A DNA stretch of 64,000 nucleotides from Octopus bimaculoides (lineage: Eukaryota). Each line of letters opens with the position of its first letter. Positions within the stretch are counted from its first letter, which is position 1. Below, piece after piece: positions 63,531-64,000 of the stretch. The DNA is taken from NCBI RefSeq assembly GCF_001194135.2, contig NC_068984.1:45278197-45342196 (forward strand). Direction: 5' to 3'. Below the pieces are notes generated by a model. It saw only the letters and a program-made list of their open reading frames with translations, was not told the origin of the DNA and did no database searches. Both the position numbers and the translations under genes were made by a program.

Positions 63531-64000
63531 TTCTCTTATCCATAAACACGATAATTATAAGTAAATGCTATTCAAATTAAACTAGTGTAGTAGTTATAAA
63601 TAGTTAATAATCTTCGCTGTTTTACCTGATATAGATATTTTTGGGTATTCTAAAATGTTTTATGAATTCTAGAATATTTTCATTGTTTGAAAATAGTTTA
63701 TAGGAAATGTTTGAAGTTAGCTACACGTGAGATTTTAGTAAGTAAAATGTATAACGGTTTCCCAAACTGCACTTTTGAGAATGTTATGTTAAAAAAAAAC
63801 TCCAGCCATGTTGGTAGGTAACCAATTTTTTTAGTTACAGAAATATAGAATTAATTAAAAACGTTGAAAATATGCATATAAACGGGATAGAATAATTAAA
63901 AGGCATTATTCTTGAATTTTTATTTCATTATTTAATCGTTAGTTTTTGACCTGGGCATTTCTCTGTCTCCCACTCATTCAAATACAGTTTCTTAGCATGA

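Overview
AT-rich eukaryotic scaffold with about 14 N-gaps and very dense microsatellites. The SINE and LINE families point to an octopus (coleoid cephalopod) genome; this is inferred from repeat content. The only host gene I can support is the 5' end of a tribbles pseudokinase homolog on the + strand. It has a CCAAT/GC/TATA/Inr promoter at about 57.2-57.3 kb and a first coding exon ending at 59737, with a GTAAGT donor right after the beta3 'ICK' lysine; later exons lie beyond the window. The preceding ~57 kb holds no recognisable gene. It is a mosaic of four tRNA-derived SINE families, decayed RTE and CR1/L2-like LINE pieces, a dead mariner, TA-, TTAA- and 8-bp-TSD MITEs, Helitron-like ends, a 23-bp minisatellite and several foldbacks. 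The most interesting items: (1) a ~310-bp repeat in two near-identical copies that opens with a type I hammerhead-ribozyme-like fold (Penelope/retrozyme-like, variant core); (2) a 191-bp Merlin-like foldback MITE carrying telomeric TTAGGG repeats in tribbles intron 1; (3) a cluster of C/EBP and ATF sites around tribbles exon 1; (4) a perfect 80-bp inverted duplication; (5) nested insertions with internal filled/empty-site controls. There are no prokaryotic features, CRISPR arrays or rRNA genes. Almost all supplied ORFs are microsatellite or N-gap artefacts. All family assignments come from motif recognition by eye, not database searches.
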